Of a stretch of DNA of 64,000 nt, positions 1-12,065 are shown piece after piece. The position numbers and the translations under genes were made by a program. This DNA is from Pristiophorus japonicus. Its lineage: Eukaryota. The DNA lies in NCBI RefSeq assembly GCF_044704955.1, contig NC_091979.1, forward strand, positions 119,412,001 through 119,476,000, given 5' to 3'. Position 1 is the stretch's first letter; every line of letters starts with the position of its first letter. The notes under the pieces were generated by a model. It ran no database searches and was not told the origin of the DNA. It saw only the letters and a program-made list of their open reading frames with translations.

Positions 1-422
1 ATCTCGTTAGTTTTGTGTGGATGCCAAATTGCTCCTCTATAGCTGATACCTGTCGTTAGTTGTATTTTCTTAAACCCTAGCGGGTTCTCCCAATGGCCGG
101 GCGTGAACATGTGCTGTTAAATGGCAAATTGCCTCCGGATACTCAGAAAGTTCGGAAAATCACTTGGAATTGGTTGCAGCACAAGAATGCAATTCCATCA
201 GCCAAGCTGAATCCTGCAAACAATAAGTACCACCACTGCTAGCGTTGGAAAGCGGGCGAACATGCCGTGTGCCTTTACGTTGTTTTTAACAATGTTTTGA
301 CCATCGAGTGCGGAAACATTTCCGGCCTACTTTGGACAATGTTTCTATTGATTATCAACAGCGCAAGCACCCACCTGCAGCAGTGAGACGTGTTAGGAGC
401 CCGACGTTAAGGGAGAGGTTTT

Positions 423-482
423 AGGACAAGGTAATAAACTCTCAGCGCCAATAATGCTTATTACAGGTCAACCCCCTGAACT
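423..482. promoter_or_regulatory. Nuclear-receptor half-site cluster upstream of HoxD10 (Hoxd11 region IX-like)
   Basis: AGGACA-AGGTAA (423-434) and AGGTCA-N6-TGAACT (465-482). The position fits the known conserved nuclear-receptor element between Hoxd11 and Hoxd10. Confidence 0.45.
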
Positions 483-1532
483 AATAGCAAGAATCGGAAA
501 TGCGGTTCTTCCTCAGCCACAGTCTTAAATCCTGGAAGATGTCCGTGCAAATGTTCGAACGCAACAATGGTGTAAACGAGTGTGTTATATCAGCATCATT
601 ATGTCTGCACTCTAACTACTGGAGATATTTTTGTAATGGAAAGAATAGGTGTTCAGGGCGTGAGGTAGCTTACAATAATTCAAAATGCGAACTCTGTTAT
701 GGGCACTCGTAACGATCAATTTTACTCATGAAGATTGGGTTTATTGTACAATAAAAAAAACTCTTACGTATTTGCAGCGGTAACATATATAATTTAGTTC
801 TATAAGAGCAAGACATTTACAAATGAATACCGATACGTGTGCAACATTTAGATTCCTCCATTCATTCATTTCATAAAACATTTGTTTTAGATCAAAACAA
901 AATGCATGGCCCGGCTGGTTATCCACGTAAATGACGTAATGTGTAGAATGGACACAATGGATTGCCCCCTCGAAGCGCTGGGATTCCCGAAACTAGAAAG
1001 ATATTCCAAATCATAAACCTGCTCTGCATTCGTTTCATTTCACCGACGTTTTCTACAATATCAATAATTACATTTACAATTCCCGATGGTCAGACATTGC
1101 AGCAATTTGTTTTTTCTTCGATGTATTTCCGTTTTGTTTTATTAAAAAAGCTTGTGGCATTTTAGTAAACAGAATAAATATCGAGTGCGAATTATTTTCC
1201 CGTTGATGACTGGGATGAGCTTAAACAGCATAAACTGTGAATGTGTTGGAAGGGTTTGAGCCGGGGTCGGTGCGAGGATTGAAATGAGCTGGAGCGGCCG
1301 CCACTTTGCAATTGGTGGTGTAGGTGTCGCTGTTGTCCACAGTTAAGCTCAAATTCAACGGACTGCGAATCATGTGATGTGCGGGAGGTAGTGCTTCAAG
1401 GCCATTTTCAAATTCCATTGGCTCAGTAGTCATGTGGTTGTACAGAGGCATCCACAATTACACAGGGAATGTTTTGTTAGAGATGTCAGCTTACAAAGGA
1501 CATCATCTGCCTTCTTCAAAATACTCTCCAAA

Positions 1533-3763
1533 ATGTCCTGCCCCAACAGCTCTCCTGCTACTAACTCGTTTTTAGTCGATTCCCTGATTAGTGCTTGTAG
1601 AGGTGACAGCTTCTATTCAAACAGCTCCATGTACATGCCATCGAGCACGGATATGGGAACTTACGGAATGCAGACCTGTGGACTGCTCCCTACCATGACT
1701 AAACGAGGAGAGGTTAGCCATCAAAATATGAGCATGAGCGTTCATCCGTATTTATCTCAGGTAGATGGCTGGGCTGACCCTTCGAGACCATGCCGAATTG
1801 AACAACCTGTTACTCCACAGATGCCCACGTGCTCCTTTCCTGCTAGCATAAAGGAAGAAAGCACTTGCTGCATGTATAATTCCGATAAACGGGCCAAACT
1901 CAATCCTACAACAATTCCCGCCTATCCCAGGCTGATTTCCGAAACCTGTTCCATTGAGAATCCTGAGATTCCCATCCCGGGATATTTCAGACTCTGTCAG
2001 GCTTACCCATTGGAGAAAAGCCTGGATTATAATCACGCTGGGGAGATCGGCTCAAATGTAATGCCGCAGTCAAACCTAGGGTTTATCACTAAACTCCAAG
2101 TAGCCAGCCAGTCTCCAGTGGAAAGGAAAATGAACGAGAAACCAATCCTACAGGAATCCACTAAGGGAATATATGTGGAAAGTCCTGAGCCAAAGCCGAG
2201 TTTACTGGAGCCCAATGCAACCGCTGAAGAAGCCGAATCTAGCTCGGAACTATCGGACAAAGAGGCTAAAGGTGAGCATTTCAAAGATTTAATGTGAACA
2301 TGTCAGCATCGCAAAGCTGATACAAAAGGTTGCACAGCCACTACAATAGGTAACTTTATCGTGGCAATATATTTGGCAAGTTATGTGTACTTCTGGTTAC
2401 CTAAATTTACAAAAAGGCAAGGAAAGTCTAAATAACATTGCATAAAATGACAGTTTTCTTTTATTACAATGAGTTGTTGGAAAATTTGCTCAGTAATGCC
2501 ATGACATTGTTAATGACATAGTAAAGGCTAGTAAACCATTTACAGATGTCAATGTAACATTGATAGTTTCATCTTAACGTTGGTATGTGTCATATAATAC
2601 GAGACCCACGGTATTGTATGAACCTTTTAGTACCATACACGACATATATTAAGGACAACTATTTATATATTTAGCACAACGAAGCAAGCTCAGTCCTACT
2701 CGCTCTATTGTGGGAAGTAAGTTACTGGCATCATTTGCTGACTTGGATGTATTGAGCGGGAGAGTGCTGGTCGCAGTTAAAATGATCGCTTCCCCTGGAA
2801 TAGTTTATGTTGGATATGTAACATATTGCTATAAGCTGTGATAAAAGTTCCATTCGAATACTGTGAAATATTGCTAGCTACGTATAATCGTAAATTCCAA
2901 TTAAGCTGCGCTATAAGCGGCAGCGATAGTACGTTTAATACTCTGAGATTTACCTCCAGAATTATTGGCATGACCACATACGTTTGTACTGTCAGGATTG
3001 TACAATCATTACATTTAGCTATGAAGTTGAAAAACGACCTATTGGTGAAAAACCTATTGGTGCATTGCAACCCACAGCTTTATATTCCGTTCACAAATAA
3101 TAACATTACCTAATCATCTAACCAATATTATCAAATTGTATGCTTTTCGTATCCGCATCTTACTTTGGAATTTATTTGACAATTCACAGACAAACCTGTC
3201 CCAAAATTTGCAAAATAATAAACAAGATATTGTATAATACTATTTGCCAACCTCCAAATGTTGTTTTTAGCTTCCTTAACTTATTACCGATTTACTCTTT
3301 AAATTGTGCGAATTTATGTATACATTTGTCGTGACTATCTGCCAACAAGTAAAGAACATGTATTAAGTTGCTTCAGTCTGTGAATAGCGTAAGGTGTCCG
3401 TTTTGTGTTTAACAGCACTATCTGAGGCTGGTTTGGAGTGTGCTGAGACATGTTTGCTGAAATCTCATTTCTTGTGTTTTACTTCTGATAGAAGAGATCA
3501 AAACTCCGATAAGCAACTGGCTAACAGCAAAGAGTGGAAGGAAGAAGAGATGTCCGTATACAAAATATCAAACACTGGAATTAGAGAAAGAATTTTTATT
3601 TAATATGTATCTGACTCGTGAGCGCCGTCTAGAGATAAGTAAGAGCGTGAATCTGACCGACAGACAAGTCAAGATCTGGTTTCAAAATCGCAGAATGAAG
3701 CTGAAGAAAATGAGCAGAGAAAACCGAATTCGAGAACTGACCACTAATCTGACCTTCTCGTGA
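1533..3763 (+). CDS. HOXD10: Homeobox protein HoxD10 (exon 1 1533-2271, exon 2 3492-3763; 336 aa)
   Basis: N-terminus [23 protein letters not shown]. Phase-1 intron AAAG|gtgagc ... tgatag|AAGAG. Exon 2 reads [90 protein letters not shown], a paralog-10 homeodomain with a D10-type tail. Confidence 0.96.
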
Positions 3764-6700
3764 GCATGGAGCACTGATTCGAACGTGATACTGTATACTA
3801 CATTTGATACTGTAGTGGTTTATCGGGGACTGTGGAATCGTTCTGTTTATCCACTCTGGGATATTGTCGATTATTCTGATTTGACCATGTTAGTGTTATG
3901 GTTGTCTGAAAGTACAATAGCACGTTTACCTTAGCAAGAATATTTTATAAAAAATTGTTCTATTTAACACAGGGCTAATTATTTACTTTGTTTAGTAAGT
4001 AGGTCTTAAGTTATTTGACATGCTACGGATATTCTTGCAATTTGGGAGAAGTTTACTGTACATCAGAACATCAAATTTTACAACATTACGGTATGTAGAA
4101 AAATGACATTTATTTAGTAATTACAAATCAGATGGGACACTAAAATGAAGAATCTTATTAGAAGCACACGATTTGAATTGTTAGAATTTAAGAGTTACAC
4201 TTAAACAATAGTTCCATCACGAAAGTGTTCAAATAATTAGGTCTGTAGAAGAAACTCTTTAGGTCCATTTCTGGAGTGTATGATGGAGTCGTAATGCAAA
4301 TTTTCATGTGTATTTATATGCATGTGTCTGTTGCACGTATATATATATAAATATATATAAATATAAATATGAATAATAAATCCTAAATTAGATTTCAATT
4401 TCTTCAATCCGTTTTGGAACTTGGGAAGTCTTCGCCAATGGCCATAGGCGAAATTGCTAAATTACTCGTGGGTACTTCAATCAAAATGATTTAACAACGG
4501 CAAACCTAATGCTTTTCACAATATTTTAATGCTTTAATAAATTAAATATAATAATGTAATTATAGATATTAATTCGAATTCCTTTCCTTATACTTCAGGA
4601 CAGTACTTTGCGCCGTTGGGAGTATCAAGTGACCAACACAAAACATGCAGGATAGTTTTCTCTAAATGAGTTGGATTCTAAATTAAACCAAACGGCAAAA
4701 TTAGACCAGACAGTTCATCCACTTTGGTACAAGGCATAGCATTTGTAAATGTACGCATTTATTTATCAAATTATTATTTATTGCGTTGGTAGGATTCTAT
4801 TTTTGTAAACAGCATGCATAACATACTGGCCCAAGAAACACCCCCAAATAGATACATATTTATTTATGCTTTGTCTTCTCGGTGAAGAATCCTGTATCAA
4901 TGAAAATGTATGAGTTTTCTTTATGTGTATTAGTATAAAGGCTCTACTGGGATCTAAACTGGTAGTATCTAAAGTAATGATCTGAATTTGCAATGTTAAA
5001 AGTTAAAGTTTGCTATAGAAATATATACGGAAAGTAATAATCCGCTTTATTAACTAAAATGCGTTCACGGTTAGGTACTTTGATTATTTATTTATTTTAG
5101 TTTGACTTTAATCACGGTATCAAAACCATTTTATTAGTGCGGCCTTGGTGTGAATAAACATACGTGACACATCTAGCGCTAGTTATTCCGACGTGTCCAT
5201 TGCAAATGATAATTGCTCACGTGTTATTATCCGGTTCGAAACATTCTAAGAATATTTGGTTGCAAGTCAGCGTCAAACATAAAATGAATTCAATGTTCAT
5301 TTATTTTAAGGATGCCCAGCTGTATCGTGTAAATGTCACCCTCGGCAATAAAAAAAAGGAATAATTTTAGTAACGTGATTAGGTCTTTGATACTTTTAGC
5401 ACACAAGGTGACGAAATTTGCATAGTTTCGTGATATATCTATGGGGCGTTAATGGTGTAGAATTCCTCTATCTAAGTTTCATAGATGCAAAACAAATGGA
5501 AGCAATGTACATATAGAATGGGCAGAAAGGAACTGTCGGATAATGGTTTAACTCGATGCATTCGTTTTAGTGGAGAAGGTTCAATCCAATTAATAAACCG
5601 CTTCAAGAGTCGAGTTAACCTTTATATTTACAGATGTGCGCCATTTCAAAATCTACCGAAATCCTAATCTTTGCCGTCTAATGTTACCGAGTAACCTAAA
5701 TTAAAGCCGACAACGAGGCAGGTATCTAATACAATAGTAACAAAGTCCTGGACACTCACATTTACAGCACAATTACTCCAATTCTTCAATCACAGCCTAG
5801 TGCCACAAACATTATAAAGTTGTTATATTAAATTAAACAACTTTGCTGCACATCTGTCGCATTTACAAGACTTAAACACAGAAACGAGATGTAAAACACT
5901 TACAATTAGAGTATACAAGAGCATTAAGAAAAATAGATATAATAAATGAAACCAAATCAATCGTATCCACCAGCTCAATCAAGTACAAGTTTGAAATAAT
6001 GTACTTTTTACACAATGCGAAACACAAACTGAAACCTTGCAGTGGCTGTTCAGCATAATAGTTATTTCGACTTACACTCCTACTAATAATAAATAGAATT
6101 TATTTTCGCTCAGATTAGTCTACACCAGAGAACTGGGAAAAATTAGTCTTCACAATTTGTTTTTAACAACTGGCTTTCTATATACAAATAAGAACATAAA
6201 TAAAGTTAACTTAAAATAATAGGTTTAAATTTATTAACGTGTAAAATTAGTTATTTTTCCTTCATAAAAATTCTAATATAATACTGACTCGCCTAATTCA
6301 GTTTTGAAGAACGCTGATCGGTGTAAATGTTTAAACTATTTAAAAGAACAGTTTTTTATCCTCTGTATTACATAACAGAACACTTACAAGGTACATAATG
6401 CTTTATCGTTAATGCACTGTTCATTGGGTATTTAAGTAGCATCGCATTTTCTGGAATAATTTAGAGGGTTGATGGTCAATCTGAACTATATTATCTTTTA
6501 GAAAATAACGTTTACTTGAAGTGCTGCAAAATGGCAGCCAACGAAAGAACATGCTGTCCAACGACATTTCTTGTACGAAATGTAGTAAATTTAAAAAGTG
6601 AAAGTTGTAGACAGTTTATTTTTATTTACATTTTATTTTAAATAACCTTAAATGGAAAAATGCAATCCACGCGTTTGTTCAGATAGAGCAACACCTAACT

Positions 6701-7869
6701 GTAGCGTATATTCCATCCTTATTCTTAAAGTACTTAACAGCTAGGAAAGGAACAAGCCGTGTTTTTCTTTTGTAAATGGCATAAAACAACAACATTGAAT
6801 GTATTCCAATTCCGTCAACATTATAAAAACTGACATCTTGCGAAAAGCGATTGATCAAAAAGTCGCCTCAACCTGCGTCTAAATTCGGCAAGATGATTAT
6901 TATTTACACAAACTTTAATGCGGGATAACGTAGAATAACTTGGTAAATAACAATCACAATTGGGTCTTTAATGGTTACAAATTGCTTAAATAAAGTGTCT
7001 TAAGTGCACTAAGGTGTAGCCATGTGAGGCATTAATATATAACGGTTCATGCTGAAATAAAATTGAGTCGAATGGTTATTGACGTGCCTTTTCCTTCAGC
7101 TTTGCAAATCTTTAGGTTCTATCCTTTCGCCATGATTCATGAAACAGTGTTTTTCCTCCTTTATAATGAAGAAATGTTAAATAATAACGTATTTGCCCAT
7201 AAACAGGAAAGAATAAAGGAGCAGATAAGAAAACAAAGCTTTTTTTTTAGCGTAATATGTTTTCTTATCTGAAACCTCCTTGAGGTGGACGCAGTTAATG
7301 CCTGTAAACTAGTCATGGTGAATGCCAAGATTACTGCGCCCTTTCTGACCATTATAAAGAAAGAAACAATCAAAGTTCAATGTGAAAAATACAGAGGAAT
7401 TAACCTAGAAACGCGATAATGTATTAATATAAAACTAAACTTGTTCATTTGATCACAAACGAAGTTTGCCTGATTAGTGTCATGGTGGACGGTCGCTGAA
7501 TGTGTTATCTGAAGAGACACGCAGGCTCTCTGCAGCTGTTTAATGGCTATCATTTTTAAAAACTCGAATCCAATTCAATCTTCTCGACCTTTACTCATAG
7601 ACTCACTGCAATGCCTCCATTGTATCTGCTAGCGAGAGCAGTGAAACATGGCACTGGAGCTGGTGATGCGTTTATGTTCCAAACAGTGGGTATATTCTCC
7701 CCTTTTGTATACGATGGTGCACTGACCGCTACTAACAGGCGATGTACGAGAAACATATTTATAGGCGGGAATACTTGCACCTTTGTGGGAATTTTAAGCG
7801 TCCAGTGTTGGTTAAACATACTTTACTGTGCCAAAAGAGGCCTGTTTTATTAAAGACACATTAATGTAT

Positions 7870-7960
7870 AATCAAATGCACCTCATAAAATTTTTATTGA
7901 TAGACATAAAAGCCTTTATGGTGGCTTCCGAGTATAGACTATAAAGCGGGCAAGGAACCG
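7870..7960. promoter_or_regulatory. Cdx/Abd-B site cluster upstream of HoxD9
   Basis: Dense CATAAAA, TTTATTG, CATAAAA and TTTATGG motifs within ~50 bp, ~700 bp upstream of the ATG. Confidence 0.45.
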
Positions 7961-8494
7961 TTTACTTCAAAATGTGGTAATATTTAAAACAAATTAAAAT
8001 ATTAGACGAAGATTCGAAGAGGGGAAAATAAAATCAGCACGTTCGTGTACTCCAGATTTTTTTTAAAAAAGTCTCAAATCCTTCATTTTACAACATGTCG
8101 TTTACTGCTTTTATGGGAGTCGCTAGTCAATGGTCTGTAAAAGCTCTTCACTACACAGGGTACACAGTACAGAAACACCAACGTACCTCGAAGGTGTTTT
8201 CTTGCCGCTTTATTGCACTAAACTAACAGATATTTGCTCTTGACATAGATCATGGACTATTTACTGCTGATTATCAAATGAGTGACAGACATTAATTAAC
8301 TTGCGGGGGAAAATAGTTCCCCATTTTTCCAGAAACTAATTTTTAAACAGCACTTGGAGAAGTTGTCCTTTGTCTCCACCAGAATGTTTCTACCGATCTT
8401 GATCAAGTGATTTTGTTTTACTCATTGATAATGTATTTTTTTTTAAATTCTCATAAAGCTGGGCTAGGCCCATTTGTAGTCACACTGCTGAGCG

Positions 8495-8550
8495 GATTGA
8501 TTTACTCTCTGTATTGGTAAATACAATCACGTGAACCGCGCAACCAATAG
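8495..8550 (+). promoter_or_regulatory. HoxD9 proximal promoter
   Basis: TGATTTAC (8498-8505, Pbx-Hox type), ATTGG (8513-8517), CACGTG (8528-8533) and CCAAT (8544-8548). Confidence 0.65.
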
Positions 8551-8648
8551 CTGCAGCTATAGTCGGCAAAATACTATGATTGTTCTGAGTGAAGGTATCA
8601 GATACACTTTCCAGTGTAACCTTTTCTATGAAAGCGAGCGAGCCTAAA

Positions 8649-9992
8649 ATGTCGACCGGTGGCACTATACACAATTATTATGTTGACTCTTTGCTAGGAC
8701 AGGAGACAGAGGACTTATACGCGACGAGATATGCCCAAGGATCACACCGCACAGCTTCAAGGCCACCAGGTGTAGCAGACAGTTCAGATTTCTCTTCCTG
8801 CAGTTTTGCCCCGAAGTCAACCGTATTTTCTAATCCCTGGTCTCCCGTTCATCCTCAAGCCTCTGCCGCCGTCGCAGGGATTTATCATCCTTACATGCAT
8901 CAATCGCATCTTGCAGCTGGAGACACCAGATACGTGCGCTCATGGTTAGAACCACTTTCCACTTCAGTCTCTTTCCCCGGATTCCATACCAACGGTCGGC
9001 ATTACGGGATCAAGCCAGAAACTTTATCAACCAAGAGGACTGAATGCTCTTCCTATGAGCTGCAAACCCTCAGCCTGTCAGAATTCACGTGCGGCTCCTA
9101 TCCAGAGAGCAGGGAGAAGCTTCCCAATGAGCTTGGCTGCACCAGCTCCGAGACTACGAGCAACAGTGAGCACAAGGAGGAGAAACAACAGCAACTTGAC
9201 CCAAGTAAGTGCAAAAATTGCAGCTTGATTTACAACCCGAACCTGTAGACCCGAGTGTGCAAAGCTGATGGTTTTACAAACCTATAAAAATGTCTAGACG
9301 CCTATCCAAGTCTGAAAAGCTACAGCCAGCAGTAAAGTGTTTATATTGTTTACAGAGAATTTTTACACGCACATTTGCGTCTGACAAGACTGCAAAACGT
9401 TGTTTTAAAGTTGGCGCGTTCCTTCTCACTGAATTTTACAGGACTATCTGAAAATAGAAGGCAAAATACAGGTTTATATTTAAATATTTGTAACTGTATT
9501 TTTCCATTCTTTATTTCAAAGATTATTTTCTATTTGATAACAAAACAGGCCCAAACGGACTGAAATCAATCGCTGCCTCCATTTCTTACTGTATTAAATC
9601 GCCCTGAACTTGACAAGTGATCAGTGGGGAAATAGCACTGCTGCTTTAAGACATATTGAGTTTGTGGGAATGCTTGAGTTTGTCTGAAATTCCATGGAAC
9701 ATATACAGGAGATGTTCAGATTATAATTCTTGTTTTTCTTTTCCTTCCAGATCACCCTGCAATAAATTGGATCCATGCTCGCTCTACCAGGAAGAAACGT
9801 TGCCCTTACACCAAATACCAGACGCTTGAATTAGAAAAGGAATTTTTATTTAACATGTATCTTACCAGAGACCGGCGATATGAAGTTGCTAGAATTTTAA
9901 ATCTTACCGAGCGGCAGGTAAAGATTTGGTTTCAAAACAGAAGAATGAAAATGAAAAAGATGAACAAGGTGAAAAATAACGAAGAGCCTTAA
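8649..9992 (+). CDS. HOXD9: Homeobox protein HoxD9 (exon 1 8649-9204, exon 2 9751-9992; 265 aa)
   Basis: [15 protein letters not shown] start, RYVRSWLEP and HYGIKPE motifs. Intron CCAA|gtaagt ... ttccag|ATCAC. Exon 2 [67 protein letters not shown] is a paralog-9 homeodomain. Confidence 0.96.
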
Positions 9993-11974
9993 TTGATCAT
10001 CCGTATAATTAGCGATAGATTTGAAAATCCTACAAACAGACTGTGTAAAAAGTGTTTTGTCTATCTAGTGATGCCTGATCGATTCAAAGCACGGTCTATG
10101 TTTCCCAGTGTTGTACTGTTTCAGAGCAATCTTGTGTTTAAACAACTGCCTTTTATCTATAGACGGTCCCTGATTTGCTGCTATTAGGTTACATTAAACA
10201 GAATTTAAACTGATGTCAGTACGTTAGTTGTACTACGTTAAAACTTTGACAACATTATTACAATATACTTGTTTTATATAGAAATAAAACACGCATATTT
10301 GAATATTTGTTCAGTTGTGCAACGTGTAAAATGCTGTGTTTCTGCTGTACTATTGGTGTATTATTTAGATATAAATAGAGTGAAATGCAACCCCTTTGCC
10401 GTTTTATTCAGTTTTTATGCCGGTTAGTCTGTGGAATGTAATACAAACGTCATTGGTTGTACATCATTCAGTTATTTTCCAGTGGAATGATACTATCACG
10501 GTACTGATAAAGGGTGTTAAGCCAATGTAATATTTATTTAAAATATTTCAAGTTAAATTAGCAGAGCGTCACGGTCACTATGAGAAGGTATATTTCTCGA
10601 ATAACCTAAACGTGTCTAAACTATAGACATCTTGACTAAGGAACACAACTACATAGAAAGGTGTTTAAATTTTGTTACTTTTCCAATGGCCCTGGGCATC
10701 TTTTTTTGTGCGTTTGGGACAATCTGAAGCAAGCTTATTTTAGTGACAAGTGGATATGACCTGCTGTAATGCGGTGCTTACTGCGTCGATTTTGAATACT
10801 GTTATAAAGAGACGTTACTTGGACCATCGCATAAGTCAAATCCAATGTATAAATGAAGTTTGAAGATGTTAGAAAATATAACGTCACAGGAGTTTTTGAC
10901 TTACCCCCACGTCCTCCACAGTATTTAACAGGTGTGACAATAAAAATTATACTGTGTTGCAAAAGTCAAAAGACTATAATTAAAAGCAGAAATTTCCACT
11001 CATGTACGCTGTTTTGTACCTCACATTTGCTCGTTATAATAACAATAAAACGTTTATAAACATTTCAGATTTGCTGCGAGTGTAAAAGTCATTTACGATT
11101 CGATAAACGCTATTTGGATGTAAACAATTAGCCATTTCGTGAGGGACTGCAAAACTATATATTCCGTTAGAAGGACAATATTATATTGTCGCTGCTTTAT
11201 GTTTGAAACGGTCAGTATTGTTAAATGGATGCTAATATTAAGATGACCCAAAGGGGATTTCGTTCAAATTAGTTGATCCGCATTCTAAAATTGACCTCAT
11301 GATGGAAAAGGACCATTGGCTGGTATAAAGCATGAAAACAATTCAGAAATATTGGACTTTCATGATTGTAGTAATTAGCGACTATACACTAAATGCATGC
11401 AGGCACATTTGTGGTTTATAGGTAACTTTGGTCAAAGTATTTTGTAAAACAAAAATGGCTTTTCATTAATTTATTTTGTTTATTTCCTGAATATATGAGT
11501 TGGTATCTGCTTGAAGAAAGTTGTGTCCATCTCTTAAGCAGGACTCTATAGGATGTTGTACGGTGTTTTCTCGTTTCTCCCTTATTGTTAGAGCAATCTG
11601 CTTTCATATTATTCACTCGTATCCGAGGAGTAGCACATTGGAATGATTCATAGTTATAAATACATTTGGTACATTAATTAAAGGTCTAAAAATAAACAAC
11701 AACAAAGTATATATACATTGTTGGCAAAGCATTGAGTGCGGATTAATTAGGACTGTGCACATAAATGGCCACAGAGCACAGACAGCTTCGTATTATTTCA
11801 CGTCACTCTCTCATCATCGGCTCGGACTGGAAACAATTGCGTGCAGTCGTAAAACTAGAACTTCATTCTTTTTGGAGAAGTTCTCTGAAAACTTTTAGTG
11901 CTCAGAAGGTGTTGAATTGCAACGCCATCTATTGCCACAATTCTACATACAGTACTTTGGAACAGGAAGGAACG

Positions 11975-12065
11975 GGGTACAATAAACCCCACAACTGGCT
12001 AGACGTCTGACCCTAATGGCTTTATGGTTTTCTTCATGTAATTACGGACTTCTTTGAAATCAGCC
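11975..12065. promoter_or_regulatory. Paralog of the Hoxc8 early enhancer upstream of HoxD8
   Basis: CTGGCTAGACGTCTG...TAAT...TTTATGGTTT...CTTTGAAATC in the order recalled for the Hoxc8 early enhancer. Cdx site TTTATGG at 12021-12027 and TCF/LEF site CTTTGAA at 12052-12058. Confidence 0.7.

Noticed and set aside
1434-1532. N-terminal extension of HoxD10 in the ORF track (similarly 8589, 16428, 26978, 36828)
   Set aside because: These ORFs begin at GTG/TTG codons inside promoter or 5' UTR sequence; the family-conserved ATG is downstream.
3969-3975. miR-10 seed site in the HoxD10 3' UTR
   Set aside because: Sequence is ACAGGGC, not ACAGGGT; only an offset 6-mer, so it is not called.
3764-8648. 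miR-196 gene expected between paralogs 10 and 9
   Set aside because: I saw no TAGGTAGTTT-type hairpin; TAGGTACTTT near 5072 has no complementary arm. HoxD clusters are known to lack miR-196.
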